DNA from: Cyanophora paradoxa CCMP329
Taxonomy: Eukaryota; Plantae; Glaucophyta
DNA length: 64,000 nucleotides
NCBI GenBank assembly: GCA_004431415.1
Contig: QPMI01000651.1
Location: forward strand, 127,153-191,152
Direction: 5' to 3'
The notes under the pieces were generated by a model that worked only from the letters and a program-made list of their open reading frames with translations, was not told the origin of the DNA and ran no database searches. Below, in pieces: positions 33,854 through 46,013 of this stretch (positions within the stretch are counted from its first letter, which is position 1; each line of letters starts with the position of its first letter). A program made the position numbers and the translations under genes.

Positions 33854-34698
33854 TTATGGGGTTGGGTCATCAATTACATCTGGCTCCATGTAAAACCCTG
33901 TAACTGAAAGAGTATCAGGAGTTACACCTCTAAGAGCTGATACAGCGGCTATATCTGTTCTCAAACCGATAAGAGTTATAGTATATAACCCAATATCTGT
34001 AACAAACAAGTCAAAGGTGAAATTATTATTATAAACACAGTAGCCATAACCGAAATGATTGTATCCCTGAACATTGAAATAGTATTTATGACCTACTTGA
34101 TTGTTGTTGGCTCTACAAAGGGAAAGCATTGCAGATGGAATCGCAAGACCTCTCAGTACTCTTTTGGTTCCTTCAATTAATTCCGAGTTTTCAAGAGTAA
34201 CAGTATATCCAATGTAAAATTGAATTAATGGCTGCTGTGCAACAGGAGTATATAATCGAATTCGTTGGGGTCTTCAACATTCTGTTCAAGAGTATCTGGG
34301 ACATCATTATACGAAATTGAGGATGAAAGCTGACCTGAAACTCTGCAACCTCCACCAATAAAAGCTCCTCCTGATCTCACAGTAACAGCAGCAGAATTCT
34401 TATCGAAATCAAGGGCTTTCAGATCAACACTGAAAGCATCTGGACCTCCATTAGTAGGTTGGAAGAAGTTTGCATTTGTGACAAGAAGTCGAGTTGTTTT
34501 CACCACACCTGAATTCTTATCAGCTCTCAGCTCTTTAACTCGAATAATCGAATTTTTATCAAAGGAGTTACCATTGGAGTTGGGTCTCTCTGTGGATTCT
34601 AAACCACGAACCTCATCATTAACTTCATGCTGGCGAAAATGCATTGCAGGGGATCCAAGGGAATATATAGGCAGTTGAACTCGATTATATTCACCCAT
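33854..34698 (-). CDS. Putative fibre/virion accessory protein (paralogue 2, shifted near 34230)
   Basis: ORF pieces 34225-34698 and 33854-34129 together align with 32997-33830. Confidence 0.65.
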
Positions 34699-34751
34699 TG
34701 CTTCTTTTACTAAGAAGTAAAGAAAAATAAACTGCAATCAAGCCAAAGTGA

Positions 34752-35042
34752 TTAAATTCGATCCAAGGATTGGTAGGCAACTGAAAGTGATTGAAGGTTG
34801 GATGTCATTGATTTGATGTTGTTATCACATTCAGTGTATTTAACAACAGGGTCACCATATGCAGATTTGGCAAGGACATTAACCAAGAGGTTTTTATACT
34901 CATTTACAACTGGTGAGAGCTTGTTAGTTTGCTGAATCGTTTTTTCAACTGTTTGTAATGCGTTTACAAGGGTGATTGTGTCAAAAGAAAGCGCAACAGG
35001 CTCAGTTGAATAGGTGGTTCCACCAAGAGGATAGGTCGCCAT
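34752..35042 (-). CDS. Small hypothetical protein
   Basis: 96-aa ORF tightly packed between co-oriented genes. Confidence 0.6.
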   Translation of the reverse strand: MATYPLGGTTYSTEPVALSFDTITLVNALQTVEKTIQQTNKLSPVVNEYKNLLVNVLAKSAYGDPVVKYTECDNNIKSMTSNLQSLSVAYQSLDRI

Positions 35043-35045
35043 TTA

Positions 35046-38000
35046 TTATACTTTGACATTTTTAATTTGGTCTATTTGATCCTGTTGATCTTTGCATTTT
35101 TGGGACAACTCCTTCACAGCTTCAATGAGAACTGGAATTAAACCTGTGTATTCAAGAGATAGGTAGCCATCGTCTTTTTTAACATTAACTACCTCTGGTA
35201 TTACCTTTTCTACATCTTGCGCAATTAAACCTAATTTCGTTCCATCTTTTTCGCTTCCAATTCGTTTAAAACTCACTCCTTCTAATTTTTCGATTGCTGA
35301 AAGAGCGCCGGATATCTTTTTAATGTCGGTTTTGTATCTTATGTCACTTCCTTGTGTTAAATAACCTCCAATCCACATCCATCCTCCATGATACATGTAA
35401 CAAATATCAGTATCTTGTTCATTTCGGAATACAAGGGAATATCTCCCCTCCTTTCAAATATGTAGAAGTTTGGTTACCGAAATGGATACGATTATATCCA
35501 TCACTGGAATTAAACCAAGTCCCCACAGTTCCTGTTAAGATATTGGGTTTGCTATAAACGTTATTCCAATGAATATAGCCGGTGTGACCGCCATAACTAT
35601 TTCCAACCCAAATTTTCATGTAACTAATACCCATAATATGAACTCTTCCAATCTTTGGTCTAATTCGAATTGTGAGGAATCGATTACCAAGATGTATTGG
35701 AACATTATTTATACCACTGTGGTTACCATCAGGAGATGTGCTGTATGGTTGATAACTATTTACTGATGTAATAAAAACTTCATTCCCTTGTCGATTCAGT
35801 CCCCAAATTTCAAAAATTCGTGAGTTAGTCCAAGGTAAATAAGTTAAAAACGCTGTTCCTTTGTGGTATCCATCAGGTATATCGAAGTCAATCCAAGCGG
35901 TAGATGTTTGATCATCCGTTTGATTATTATGAACATATGAACCATAATTATAATGTGGATCCCATGCTGAACTCCATGCCCATGTCCAACCCTCAGAACA
36001 TCTATTAAATTCAATACCTCCTACTGTTTTATCTGCTGTGTGAAACTTTGGAACAGCATTACCATTTATTTGAAGATCTGTTGTAGCATTAATAGTGGGT
36101 GCTGTAATAGTGTTTTTCACCCAAAAGTTACCATTGTTATAAGACTTTAAAATTGCTCCATCTGCTGAGTCTCTAAATTCAATTGACACACCGTCACCAT
36201 TCGGTCTCCCTCGTATATATGTGCAATCGCCATTACCAAACCAAATTCGCTCGACTGCATCTACTGATTTTAACCATGTATTTGTTGCCCATGTTGCGGT
36301 TTGTGGAAGGTCTGCGGCTGAGTAAAATGATGGTTTACTAAATACATTATCCCAAGAGATCATGCCCAATTCATTATCAGTTGCTCTCTGTCTGCTCCAC
36401 CCAAAAACACCTGTGAGATGAATGCGACCTTTTCGACCTTGGACATAAATATATTTGTAGAATTCGCAATTGATAGAGACAAACAAGATTGTATTATGTG
36501 TTCCATCCTGATTCACCTGTTGAATTCCCTGATAGGCATTTACTCGTTTTAAGAAATGTTGATATCCATTGACTGTTTGCCCATAGATATCAAAATATCT
36601 ACAATTATACCAAGGCATGTGCTGGATATAAAATGATTTCATACCTGTGGGAATGAGCCATCTCATCCAACAACCACTGCAATCTTCATCATTTTGTGGT
36701 GTGGTATGACATCCATTTTGCCCTGTTCTTGATGCCCATGTAACAGTCCAGTTATTTGGAGATCTGTCTGTTGAAATCACATCTAACTGATCAAAATCAT
36801 AACCTTTTGGAATTGTGGTTCCACCAATTTGTAGAGTGGTAGCATTCACAGTTCCATTGACAGTCCCACCTGTAAGAGGTAAATAATTCCCAAGAGCTGC
36901 TGTTAATTCGTTATCTGTTACAACATCTGTAAGAGCTAATTGTAATTCTGTATTTGTTACATAATCTTTGTTTTCTAAATAATCATCTGTAACAACACCA
37001 GAGAGGGTCTCATTGTGTAAGTTTTTTGCTGCCATCCTCTGATTGACTTCTAAGGCTCCTCCTGCTAATGTTTTAATCCAGGACATTTCGCATTTCCCAT
37101 AGTTATCTGATGGTTGTCCCACAAGTGGGACATAATTGAATTTGGATCGACTGAATATTATTTTAGGTCTGGAGCCATCAGTTGCACTGACATCTGTTAC
37201 ATTTACTTGCATAATGGCATCCTTATCATCATATGCTGCTGGATCAGATGGGAGAGGTGGTAATCCTGATGTCAATGTGATGTCCTCATTATAATAACTT
37301 GTTAAGAAGATGCCTGGTTTGGTATCAATCACCCCAACACCACCTGCTGAAATCATTTGGATTCTTGTTGGTTGTTTGATGTATAATTCACCTTCCATTG
37401 TGGTCCCTGCATCAATGCCTTTTCGATTGACATAATAATCATTTAGTTGTAGCCTTTCAGGTATGGTATTACTCTGGTAGAGACTCACACCATTTGTAAA
37501 GTCTGTCAAAATATTGCCTGATGATGCAAAAGTTGGTTGTTCATCTATTTGACTCCAAGGGTGTCTGTGGTTGCTATTGGTTATTGTTGAGTAATCATGA
37601 GTGTGTGAATCAGGTGGGAAGGTTAATGGAGGATTTGTGATATGCTCCCATAAATGAGTATGGGCGAAATCTGTGATCTGATCTTTGGTGTGAGTATGGG
37701 CAAAATCTGTGATCTGATCTTTGGTGTGAGTATGGGCGAAATCTGTGATCTGATCTTTGGTGTGAGTATGGGCAAAATCTGTGATCTGATCTTTGGTGTG
37801 AGTATGGGCGAAATCTGTGATCTGATCTTTTGTGTGAGTATGGGCGAAATCTGTTATTTGGTCTTTTGTGTGAGTATGGGCGAAATCTGTTATTTGGTCT
37901 TTTGTGTGAGTATGGGCGAAATCTGTTATTTGGTCTTTTGTGTGAGTATGGGCAAAATCTGTAATCTGGGCTTTTGTGTGAGTGTGATTTTGAATCCAAC

Positions 38001-40966
38001 CTTGAACCACATTAGAGGTTGGATGATGTGGTAAATTTGCATTGCTTGTAACTGTAAGGTAATCTATTACAGTATCAGGTGAGGTTATTTTTAATCCTCT
38101 GTAAATATTCAGAGTCTGGGTATGAGTGAATCCATATTTTTGTTGAATGTAATACCTCACAGCATTCTTTTCAGAAGTTGTCAAAGCCCTATTGAAAACA
38201 ATCAACTCGGAAATACCACCATTCACAATATTACCAAATCCGAAATGATTGACAGTATTATCTGGTAGATAATTTGTTCCTACAAGTGTTTCAATATCTA
38301 CTCCATTTAACCCGACTGTGTAGCTGCTGGAAGTAATTGTTTGGTCAGTGTAATACCATGTATTTATTAAAGAAGGAACCGTAATAACTGGGCGGTTTTG
38401 GGATGCTCCATTAATAGTGAACTGGTTCATTCCAATAGCAGTAGAAGATGTTGCCCATAATAACAATATCGTGATGGAAAGGCGCTTCTGTAAAGTCTCA
38501 AGTGAACTTGCATAGAAGAGGCAGTTGGATGATATTTTCCCACAAAGAAAAATGTAAGCCCATTTGAGAAATCAATAGTTCTTGTAGCAGAGGTATATGC
38601 ATAAAAAGTGCCTGTTGGGCTTGAAACACTAACTTGGTTGTTGATTTCGGGATTGGTGTAATAGGAACTGGCTCCGGAGATAAACAAGTCTGGAACAACT
38701 GAATTCGGGACTCTGCTTACTATAGTTGTATACATTGCTGATTGACCTGGTACTCCTGATGCCTTCCAAGCAAAAATGCAGTTCGAGATATTTGATGCTG
38801 GATCAAAGCTTGGTGGGACATCATACCATTCTTCGTAAACCTGATTCATGGTATTGAAATTGCAAGAGCCAATTGTGAGGATTCCATTTACTTTCAAATT
38901 GCTGGTCTCTATATTGCTACTGTAAATATTACTATTAACTGTGAGGTTTCCTGTGATTGTCCCACCCACAAGAGGGAGATATTTGGATAGTTCTGCTGCA
39001 AGTTCAGCTTCTGTAATAAATTGATCAAGCATAGCAAGGGTTACAAAATTAACAAGGATTACTGCAGTAAGGTAATCCTCTGTGACCACTCTCGAAATAT
39101 TTTCGTTGTGTATGTTTTTTGCAGCCATCCTCTGATTGGCTTCCAGAACCCCACCATAATCTGTTTTAATCCATGCAAGCTCTGCCCTCCCATAATTATC
39201 ATTTGCAGTTCCCACTATGGGAATGTAGGAATATTTATCTCTGCTGAATACTATCATTGGTCTTGAGCCATCTAAACTGCTTACATCTGCTACATGAACC
39301 TGTATAGCAGAGTTGAAATTTTGGTAGGTTGCTGGGTCTGTTGGGACTCTGAATGTATCTGTGGGAATGTCAGCCTCCATGTAGCTTGACACAAAGATAT
39401 TTGGTATGGTTGCTCCTGGTTCAGGTGGTGGATCATAAGAGCCTGGTAATGTCCTAATATGAAGTGGTCCTCTCATAGCTGAATTTGCAAGTGTCCCATT
39501 CACATGTACATAGTGTTCATTCAAAAAGATTCTTTCAGGGACATTACAAGTCTGATAAAGAGAAACCCCCAGGGTTGCCAAAGGCTCCACCTTTGCAAAT
39601 TCTGGTTGGTCATTGATCTCATCCCAAGTATGTTCATGTTTGCTTGGTGGGAACTCAGTTGGAATCCCATCAATTTCTCCCCAATCATGTCTGTGATCCT
39701 CTGGTGGATATTTCTCTGGTTTCCCTAAGATCTCATCCCAATCATGATTGTGATCCTCTGGGGGATACTTTGCAGGTTTATTATTAATTTGTTCATAATC
39801 AGGAAAGAACTCCCAGATCTCAGGTCGAAATCCATCTGGTAATAATTCCTCATGGGGTTCATAAGGTTGCTCATAATCCACAACTGGTGGATCATGCCCA
39901 TCTGGCAAATACTCCTCATCAGGTTCATAGTTCTGCTCATACTCAAACTCTTGAGGATCTAAGCCATCTGGTAGTATCTCCTCCTCATTGGGGTCAAACT
40001 GATCATATTCATATTCTTGTGGGTCAAAACCATCTGGTAAATACTCTTCCTCATCTGGAACGAATTGATATTCATCAAGCTCTAATATGTCGACTTCAGG
40101 AGGTAAATACTGCTCATCTATTTGCTTTCTGGGTTCAATTATAGGTTTATTGCGAACTTGCTCCCAACTCACAATATGCTGCCCAAAGGCTACATCTTCA
40201 GTTGCTGTGTACTCTCTGCCTGGTTGCTTTTTCGGTGTTAAATCCGGTGGATCCCATGGTAGTGGGAAGGGAACTGGGACAGGTCCATAATACTCAAAGA
40301 TCTCTCTTATGGTCTTCTCACTTACAAGCTTCTCACCATTTGCATACACATTGCTGCCATGGATATTTCGCCATTGCCTGGTTCGAATTCCAAGGTCTTT
40401 CACATTGCTATACAAAGGCAAAAGGTGCCTATCCATTTCGACTAAATCTATCCATTCCTCGCAAAGTCATATGTAATATCCTTGGGGTATACATCATTTG
40501 TGTAGGAGACCTGATTTGTGTTGGCAATGGGACCCACTTGCAATACTTGGGGGACCTCAGCTTTTGCAGTGCTGCCCTCATTGTAAATTCGCAAAGCTGT
40601 GTTCTGTTTGCCCTGCTCATCTTGAACATTGAACACCAAACGACCACTATCAAACCTGGAAGGTATATCTGGATGAGTGCCACTGGTTTTGAGTTTCCTA
40701 GGTCTCCTTCTTGTTGCTTTGATCTCTGCCACTTGGTTTGCTTTCACATTACCCAAGCTAAAAGCAACACTAACTTCCTCCTTATCTGGATCGGTTTGAT
40801 TCACAGATAAAGCATGCTCCCTTGATTGAGTCTTAGATGAATTATCGGAACTGTGGTCAATTGAAACTGAACCCTTTACTTTAATATTATCAAAGTTCAC
40901 ATGCTTGGTGCTGCTTGCATTATCATCTTGAATTGTTTCTAGATTTGGTGGGTAATTGAAGCTCAT
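35046..40966 (-). CDS. Giant modular fibre protein with C-terminal peptidase S74 chaperone (four ORF pieces, three shifts)
   Basis: Pieces 40448-40966, 38427-40436, 35419-38466 and 35046-35396 join by single shifts in short homopolymer runs. Contains HTH repeats, YLPL.GGT..G, a LamG-like stretch, and SDIRYK...GLIAQDV...LIEAVKEL. Confidence 0.78.
37654..37985 (-). repeat. 36-bp coding tandem repeat, 9 x HTHTKDQITDFA
   Basis: Directly visible; two nucleotide subtypes of the unit. Confidence 0.95.
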
Positions 40967-41009
40967 GGCTTTTACTATATGGATTTATAAAATTCCTGAT
41001 AAGTAAAAG

Positions 41010-42566
41010 ATGCCTCAGAAAATCGTTTTAGCATTGTCAGGGGGAGGTGCAAGGGGCATTATCATAACCAGGCTGCTAAAAGAAATTGAAAATCGAACTG
41101 GCAGAAGAATAATCGATCTTGTGGATCTTGTAAGTGGAACTTCCACTGGTGGGATCATTGCAATAGGTTTGAATATCAGGCATCCTGATAAACCAGGTGA
41201 ACCTAAACTGACAGCAAACGATTTACACAATATTTACCTAACTCAACTGCCCTTGATTTTTGCAAATCCTCGAAACATCATCGAAAATGCCCTTTTTAAT
41301 ACAAAATATGATGTGGGACCCTTGGAGACTGCAATCAATTCAGTTACTGGTGAATCACTAATACAGGATTCCCTAAAGGACATTGTGATTACATCCTTTG
41401 ATACTCAGAATATGAAACCAATATTTATCACAAATGACAACAACTACAACTTTATGCCTTGTAAGATTGCTGCTAGGGCTACTTCTGCTGCTCCTACATA
41501 TTTCTCTCCTGTAAGCATTGTTGATTTCAATCGGGGAGTATTTGTCTGTCTCATTGATGGTGCCATTTCGGGAAACAATAATCCCAGTGTGTGTGGTTAC
41601 AGCCATGCAAAGAAGATTTACAGTGATGATGATGATATTATAGTAATAAGTATCTCTTGTGGTGAGGTGGACCCACATTTAGAGTCTGATTATGTGGGTT
41701 ATGCTTATGAGACTGTGAACAGCTGGGGAATTCTCTCATGGATTGCCTCAACAGATGGAAGCCCATTGATTAACATGCTCATGGCTGCAAGTGAGCTTTC
41801 TGCCCTTGATAAGATGGAGGAGTTGTTACCCTACAACTATGATCAGGATTATGGGAGATACTATAGGCTATCAGTCCCACTTCCAAATCACATAGTAAGC
41901 TCCCTTGATGACACTTCTAAGATCCCAGATATGCTAGCATTCACTGAAACATACATAGCAGCAAACAATGATATGATCAATAAGCTTTGCAGCCTTCTAG
42001 TAGCAAACTATGAACTTAAGAACCCTACAAAGGCTTATATCTCATCCACTCTCACTACATCACCTCCTTTGGATGCTAATTGGTATCAGCTTGCAGATGA
42101 TGCCTTTACTGCCTCATCCTCTGTGACAGGTAAAGAGCCTTTCATGGCTAGACCTTCAGCATTTGGCTGGGAAGCTGGAGCCTATGCTCCTGAACAGATA
42201 TGGGAAACCCCCACTGAATACCTTCAAGTTGCTTTCCCGTATACTTTTGAACTCTCTTCTGTGATTGCCTATGGATCAGGGGACACCAATGCTTTTATTA
42301 AGACTTTCAATGTGGCAACATCCACTGATGGGATCAACTGGTCTTTTATTCGATCAGATGGGCAAAACAAAATATATGTCTGTGAGAACATTAACAATGC
42401 TCACAACTCTGGTGATGTGGCTCTATTGAGTGGATTTCCTCTCAGCATCAAGGATGCTTTTTACATAGGTTTCTCTCTCAGAATTAAATATATTCGCATT
42501 TATCCCCTTGTGTATGTGAATGCTCCCACAATGAGAGTTGATTTCACAGGTGCCTTTATTCGATAA
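41010..42566 (+). CDS. Patatin-like phospholipase fused to an F5/8 type C (discoidin-like) domain
   Basis: LSGGGARG, GTSTG, ATSAAPTYF, DGA; C-terminal EYLQV..., STDGINW, YIRIYP, MRVDF. Confidence 0.9.
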   Translation: MPQKIVLALSGGGARGIIITRLLKEIENRTGRRIIDLVDLVSGTSTGGIIAIGLNIRHPDKPGEPKLTANDLHNIYLTQLPLIFANPRNIIENALFNTKYDVGPLETAINSVTGESLIQDSLKDIVITSFDTQNMKPIFITNDNNYNFMPCKIAARATSAAPTYFSPVSIVDFNRGVFVCLIDGAISGNNNPSVCGYSHAKKIYSDDDDIIVISISCGEVDPHLESDYVGYAYETVNSWGILSWIASTDGSPLINMLMAASELSALDKMEELLPYNYDQDYGRYYRLSVPLPNHIVSSLDDTSKIPDMLAFTETYIAANNDMINKLCSLLVANYELKNPTKAYISSTLTTSPPLDANWYQLADDAFTASSSVTGKEPFMARPSAFGWEAGAYAPEQIWETPTEYLQVAFPYTFELSSVIAYGSGDTNAFIKTFNVATSTDGINWSFIRSDGQNKIYVCENINNAHNSGDVALLSGFPLSIKDAFYIGFSLRIKYIRIYPLVYVNAPTMRVDFTGAFIR

Positions 42567-43488
42567 ACTCCAACTGAAACGAATTATCGATTCCATTCAT
42601 ATCAATCAGTTCACCAAAGTAATCTTTAAACTCCACAGTGAGTTCCCTTATCACCAGGCTTCTGTCATTGATTTGAATAAATTCTGCATGTTCACCACTA
42701 TGGTAAACATAGCCACCTATATCTTTACTCAATTGCAATCTAAGGATAGCCCCTTGGTTTTGTGGTTGCGATTTCGGAATTATATTATGTCTGCTGGCAA
42801 AGGGGGCTAGCTCTTTAATATGCATGTACAGATACTGCTCAGCATTCATATCAGACATCCTATTACTGGTGAAATAATACTGCAAGGGCTTTGAGGAGAG
42901 TCTGGGTCCTGAGAAGGTGATTCCCCATGCTGGGTGATCAGGTGTAATAGGTTTGCCATCATACTTTAAAAGGTTCTCAGGTCGATATGGAGATCCACCA
43001 ACAGGAGGATTGCTATAATACCCAGTGGTGTATTCAGTAGAACTAACACCCAAAAGCTTCCCTATTCGCTTGTTGCTTGCAATAAAACGAAACTCATGAT
43101 TACTGTAAAACTCCACTTTATAGGTTGTTGGGTTGTAGAATATCTTGAACTCAAAAAACACAGTTTTATCTGCAATGGTTTTGAAGCCTGAATAGTTCAG
43201 CCCATAATTATAGGGATGTGTGACCCCGAAATGACCCTGGTTAATGTAGCCACTGGGAAGGGGATACACTTTCTGTGTGATGATTTCATTGTATGAACCA
43301 TCTTGGTAGTTAAAATCAACTGTTAAATGATCAGTTCCCACACTGTTATAGATACTGTTTGGGATCTCTGCATATAGAACCCTGCATTCCCTTGGTCTCT
43401 CTACTGGAGTTGTGAGGGTGACCCTGTAAGAGTTTTCAGATTCCCCTTGGCTTCTATCCCTGCTATCAATATTAACAAGTCGATTCAT
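42556..43488 (-). CDS. Minor capsid (penton-like) protein 1, element B
   Basis: IDSRDR...EIPNSIYN; orthologue of 17950-18852. Confidence 0.82.
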   Translation of the reverse strand: MNRLVNIDSRDRSQGESENSYRVTLTTPVERPRECRVLYAEIPNSIYNSVGTDHLTVDFNYQDGSYNEIITQKVYPLPSGYINQGHFGVTHPYNYGLNYSGFKTIADKTVFFEFKIFYNPTTYKVEFYSNHEFRFIASNKRIGKLLGVSSTEYTTGYYSNPPVGGSPYRPENLLKYDGKPITPDHPAWGITFSGPRLSSKPLQYYFTSNRMSDMNAEQYLYMHIKELAPFASRHNIIPKSQPQNQGAILRLQLSKDIGGYVYHSGEHAEFIQINDRSLVIRELTVEFKDYFGELIDMNGIDNSFQLEFIE

Positions 43489-43517
43489 TTTAATATATAA
43501 ATATAGATAAAAGAAGA

Positions 43518-44528
43518 ATGCCTGTGGATTACATCGAGGTTAGCTCATTTAATACAATCTCTGGTGATGGTCCCACATCAAGCTTTGTGGCTAGACTCCC
43601 CAGTAGTTATGAGAATGTGAGGGCTGTAAGACTGGTATCAGCCGAATTTTATAACAGCATCCCTATGGTGAGTGGGGAAACCAAAGTAGGAGATGTAACA
43701 ATCGACAATTCATTTAGTATTTACTATTCTGAAGAACTTGCAGGAGCTGGAATTGATGGTATCCCCACAGTTCGCCCAGCTGAGGACTTTGAACAGTGGA
43801 AACAAATCATTATAAGTCGCAAAGCCCCCATCCAAAGCCACCAACAACTGGTGAATGTTATTAATGAAAAGTTCGATTTGAAAAATCCTAAACCATCTCT
43901 TCGCTGCAAATGGGATGAGTCACTGAAACGAATAGTATTCCATTCCGAAAAAAAGTTTTACCTGGCTTTCTCACTTGCTGTAAATCCAAACCTGCAAACA
44001 ATTCAAAAGCTATTGAGTTCAGGTAGACTGCTTGGTCTTGATCCTGGAAGATATGGCAATTCCTCAATCCAATCACAAGTTTATGATGCTCTCACTGATG
44101 GTATCTTTACTGGGACTCGAGTGAACGGTATTCTATCTTCTTTTGAGCCTGAGAAGACCAGGGACAGTGTTTTGTTTGTGAGAGTAAAGGAGCTGGGTGA
44201 TCTGGTGCAATGTGGGGATGGTCTTCTGACTGGTTACTTCCATAAAATAGTGGTCCCTGACAAAGACTATGGTGAGCATGTAGTTTACAATTCGACAGAG
44301 GCTCATCCACTTTACAAATACTATAATAAGAAGGTTGGATTATCCACTTTCTCGGTTGATATTGTAAATGCTATTAATGAACCAATTGATTTTGAGGGTC
44401 AACCTGTTCATCTGACCTTTGAAATTCGCTATGGTGATGAGCCAGCTGGGGACCCAGTTTATGAATACTTTAAGATGAGAATGTCACAGCTTCACCCTTC
44501 CTATCCAGTTATTACAAGCTTCGCATAA
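43518..44528 (+). CDS. Minor capsid (penton-like) protein 2, element B
   Basis: Intact 336 aa; orthologue of 18881-19884. Confidence 0.8.
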   Translation: MPVDYIEVSSFNTISGDGPTSSFVARLPSSYENVRAVRLVSAEFYNSIPMVSGETKVGDVTIDNSFSIYYSEELAGAGIDGIPTVRPAEDFEQWKQIIISRKAPIQSHQQLVNVINEKFDLKNPKPSLRCKWDESLKRIVFHSEKKFYLAFSLAVNPNLQTIQKLLSSGRLLGLDPGRYGNSSIQSQVYDALTDGIFTGTRVNGILSSFEPEKTRDSVLFVRVKELGDLVQCGDGLLTGYFHKIVVPDKDYGEHVVYNSTEAHPLYKYYNKKVGLSTFSVDIVNAINEPIDFEGQPVHLTFEIRYGDEPAGDPVYEYFKMRMSQLHPSYPVITSFA

Positions 44529-44581
44529 ATTAAGGATCATTGGTAGATTTTTTATGTTGCAGTATAATAAAAGAGAATATA

Positions 44582-45948
44582 ATGGATATCACTTCCACTC
44601 TTCAAAGACTTTCGCTGAAAGAAGCCCTAACAACCCCAGAGGAGGCGAAAGCCTTTTTCCTGGATAACTCCCTTATGCTTGGTCTCGAATCCAAGTCTAA
44701 GCCAGTTCTAGTTGTTGTGAATCCCAGCAATACTTTTGAGAATAATGTTGGAAATCGCATTTCCTTCAAGCTACCTCGCTACAATTTCTGTGGAAAACTC
44801 GAACTTGCTTTCGACCTTCCAGCCATCACTTTTGCTGGTGATACGGACCTTGTTCGCAATGGATACACTCGCCCTGTTGGTGCTTTAGTTCAGCGACTTG
44901 AAATTACCTATGGATCTTACACCTACCACATTCCTTCTGATTTCCTTGCTCATTTCCCCTGGTCTATTATTCGGAGGATCAACTAGCTAAAAAGAAACGC
45001 TCAATGGGCATGGTTCATGGTATCCCTGCTCATGGAACCAACCGACTTGGTGGCTCATTTTTCGTTGAAATCCCTGTGCCTTGGCTAAATCACTATCTTC
45101 CCCTTGGTGCTTTATCTGGTGAAATGGTTGTTACTGTTTGGTTTAAGGATGCTGATAAGGGTTATGTTGAAACTTCCTATGGTGGTCGTGAACTCACAAC
45201 TGCTGTTGGAACTGTTGATGCAACTGCTGATGATGGTCTTGGAAACTTTACAGATGGAACCCTTGCCCATGTTGGTCAAAATATCACAACTTTCAGTCTT
45301 GGTGCAACAACCCCTGTCATTTCTATTACTTCTCCTCGCCTTTACATGCATGCTATTAATGTTTCTGATGAGCTTTTCGCTACTGTAATTGAAAAAGTAA
45401 AGACTACTGGCATGGCTATTCCTGCTCTAGACATTGGATTTGTAGATGCTAGTGCTTTCCCTGCCAAGGGCAATGCCCAACCCAATCGAATTAACCTCTC
45501 TCAAATCTCAGGTCTTGTATATGCTCTGCTTGTTTCAGTTCGTGATAATGCAACTGTTGATAAATCCAATGGCTCCCACAGTGTTCTTAAGACTTATGCC
45601 AACTCCAAAGACATAACATTCACAACTGAAATAAATGGACAGCGACTTTTTGCCACTGAGCCAATTTCCCTACTCAAAGGTGCTGAGCTAATTGCTGATG
45701 CCTTCAAATGCTCTAACATGGACAAGGTTGCTGATCGCTATGTCCTTTCAGGACTCCCATTCTGCCTTGATGGAGAAAAGGCAATTCGAAATATTGCCCA
45801 GTCTGGTTATGTTGATTTAACAAATTCCTCTTCTTCCTTCCTCACCCTCTACATGCCTTCAGATAAGGTAATCGATGTTAATGTTCGCGCTCTCATGCAT
45901 TCGTTCATAATTGTAGACAAAGATGGATTACGTCGTATAAATTTGTAG
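44582..45948 (+). CDS. Major capsid protein, element B (1-nt shift in C run near 44958)
   Basis: Colinear with and highly similar to 19939-21336. Confidence 0.82.
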
Positions 45949-46013
45949 ATTGTTACGATTTTCAGTCTCCCTGCATTATTTTTATCTGTCTTTATGTAGA
46001 AAGATATACAACA

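Noticed and set aside
37654-37985. 36-bp repeats as a CRISPR array
   Set aside because: It is an in-frame coding repeat without spacers.
1246-40966. RT plus variable fibre as a diversity-generating retroelement
   Set aside because: The RT is an APE-LINE enzyme outside the viruses, and no adenine-specific template/variable repeat pair was seen.
44950-44990. Programmed frameshifting in MCP, pPolB or helicase genes
   Set aside because: The orthologue in the other element is continuous at each site, and the shifts mostly fall in homopolymers.
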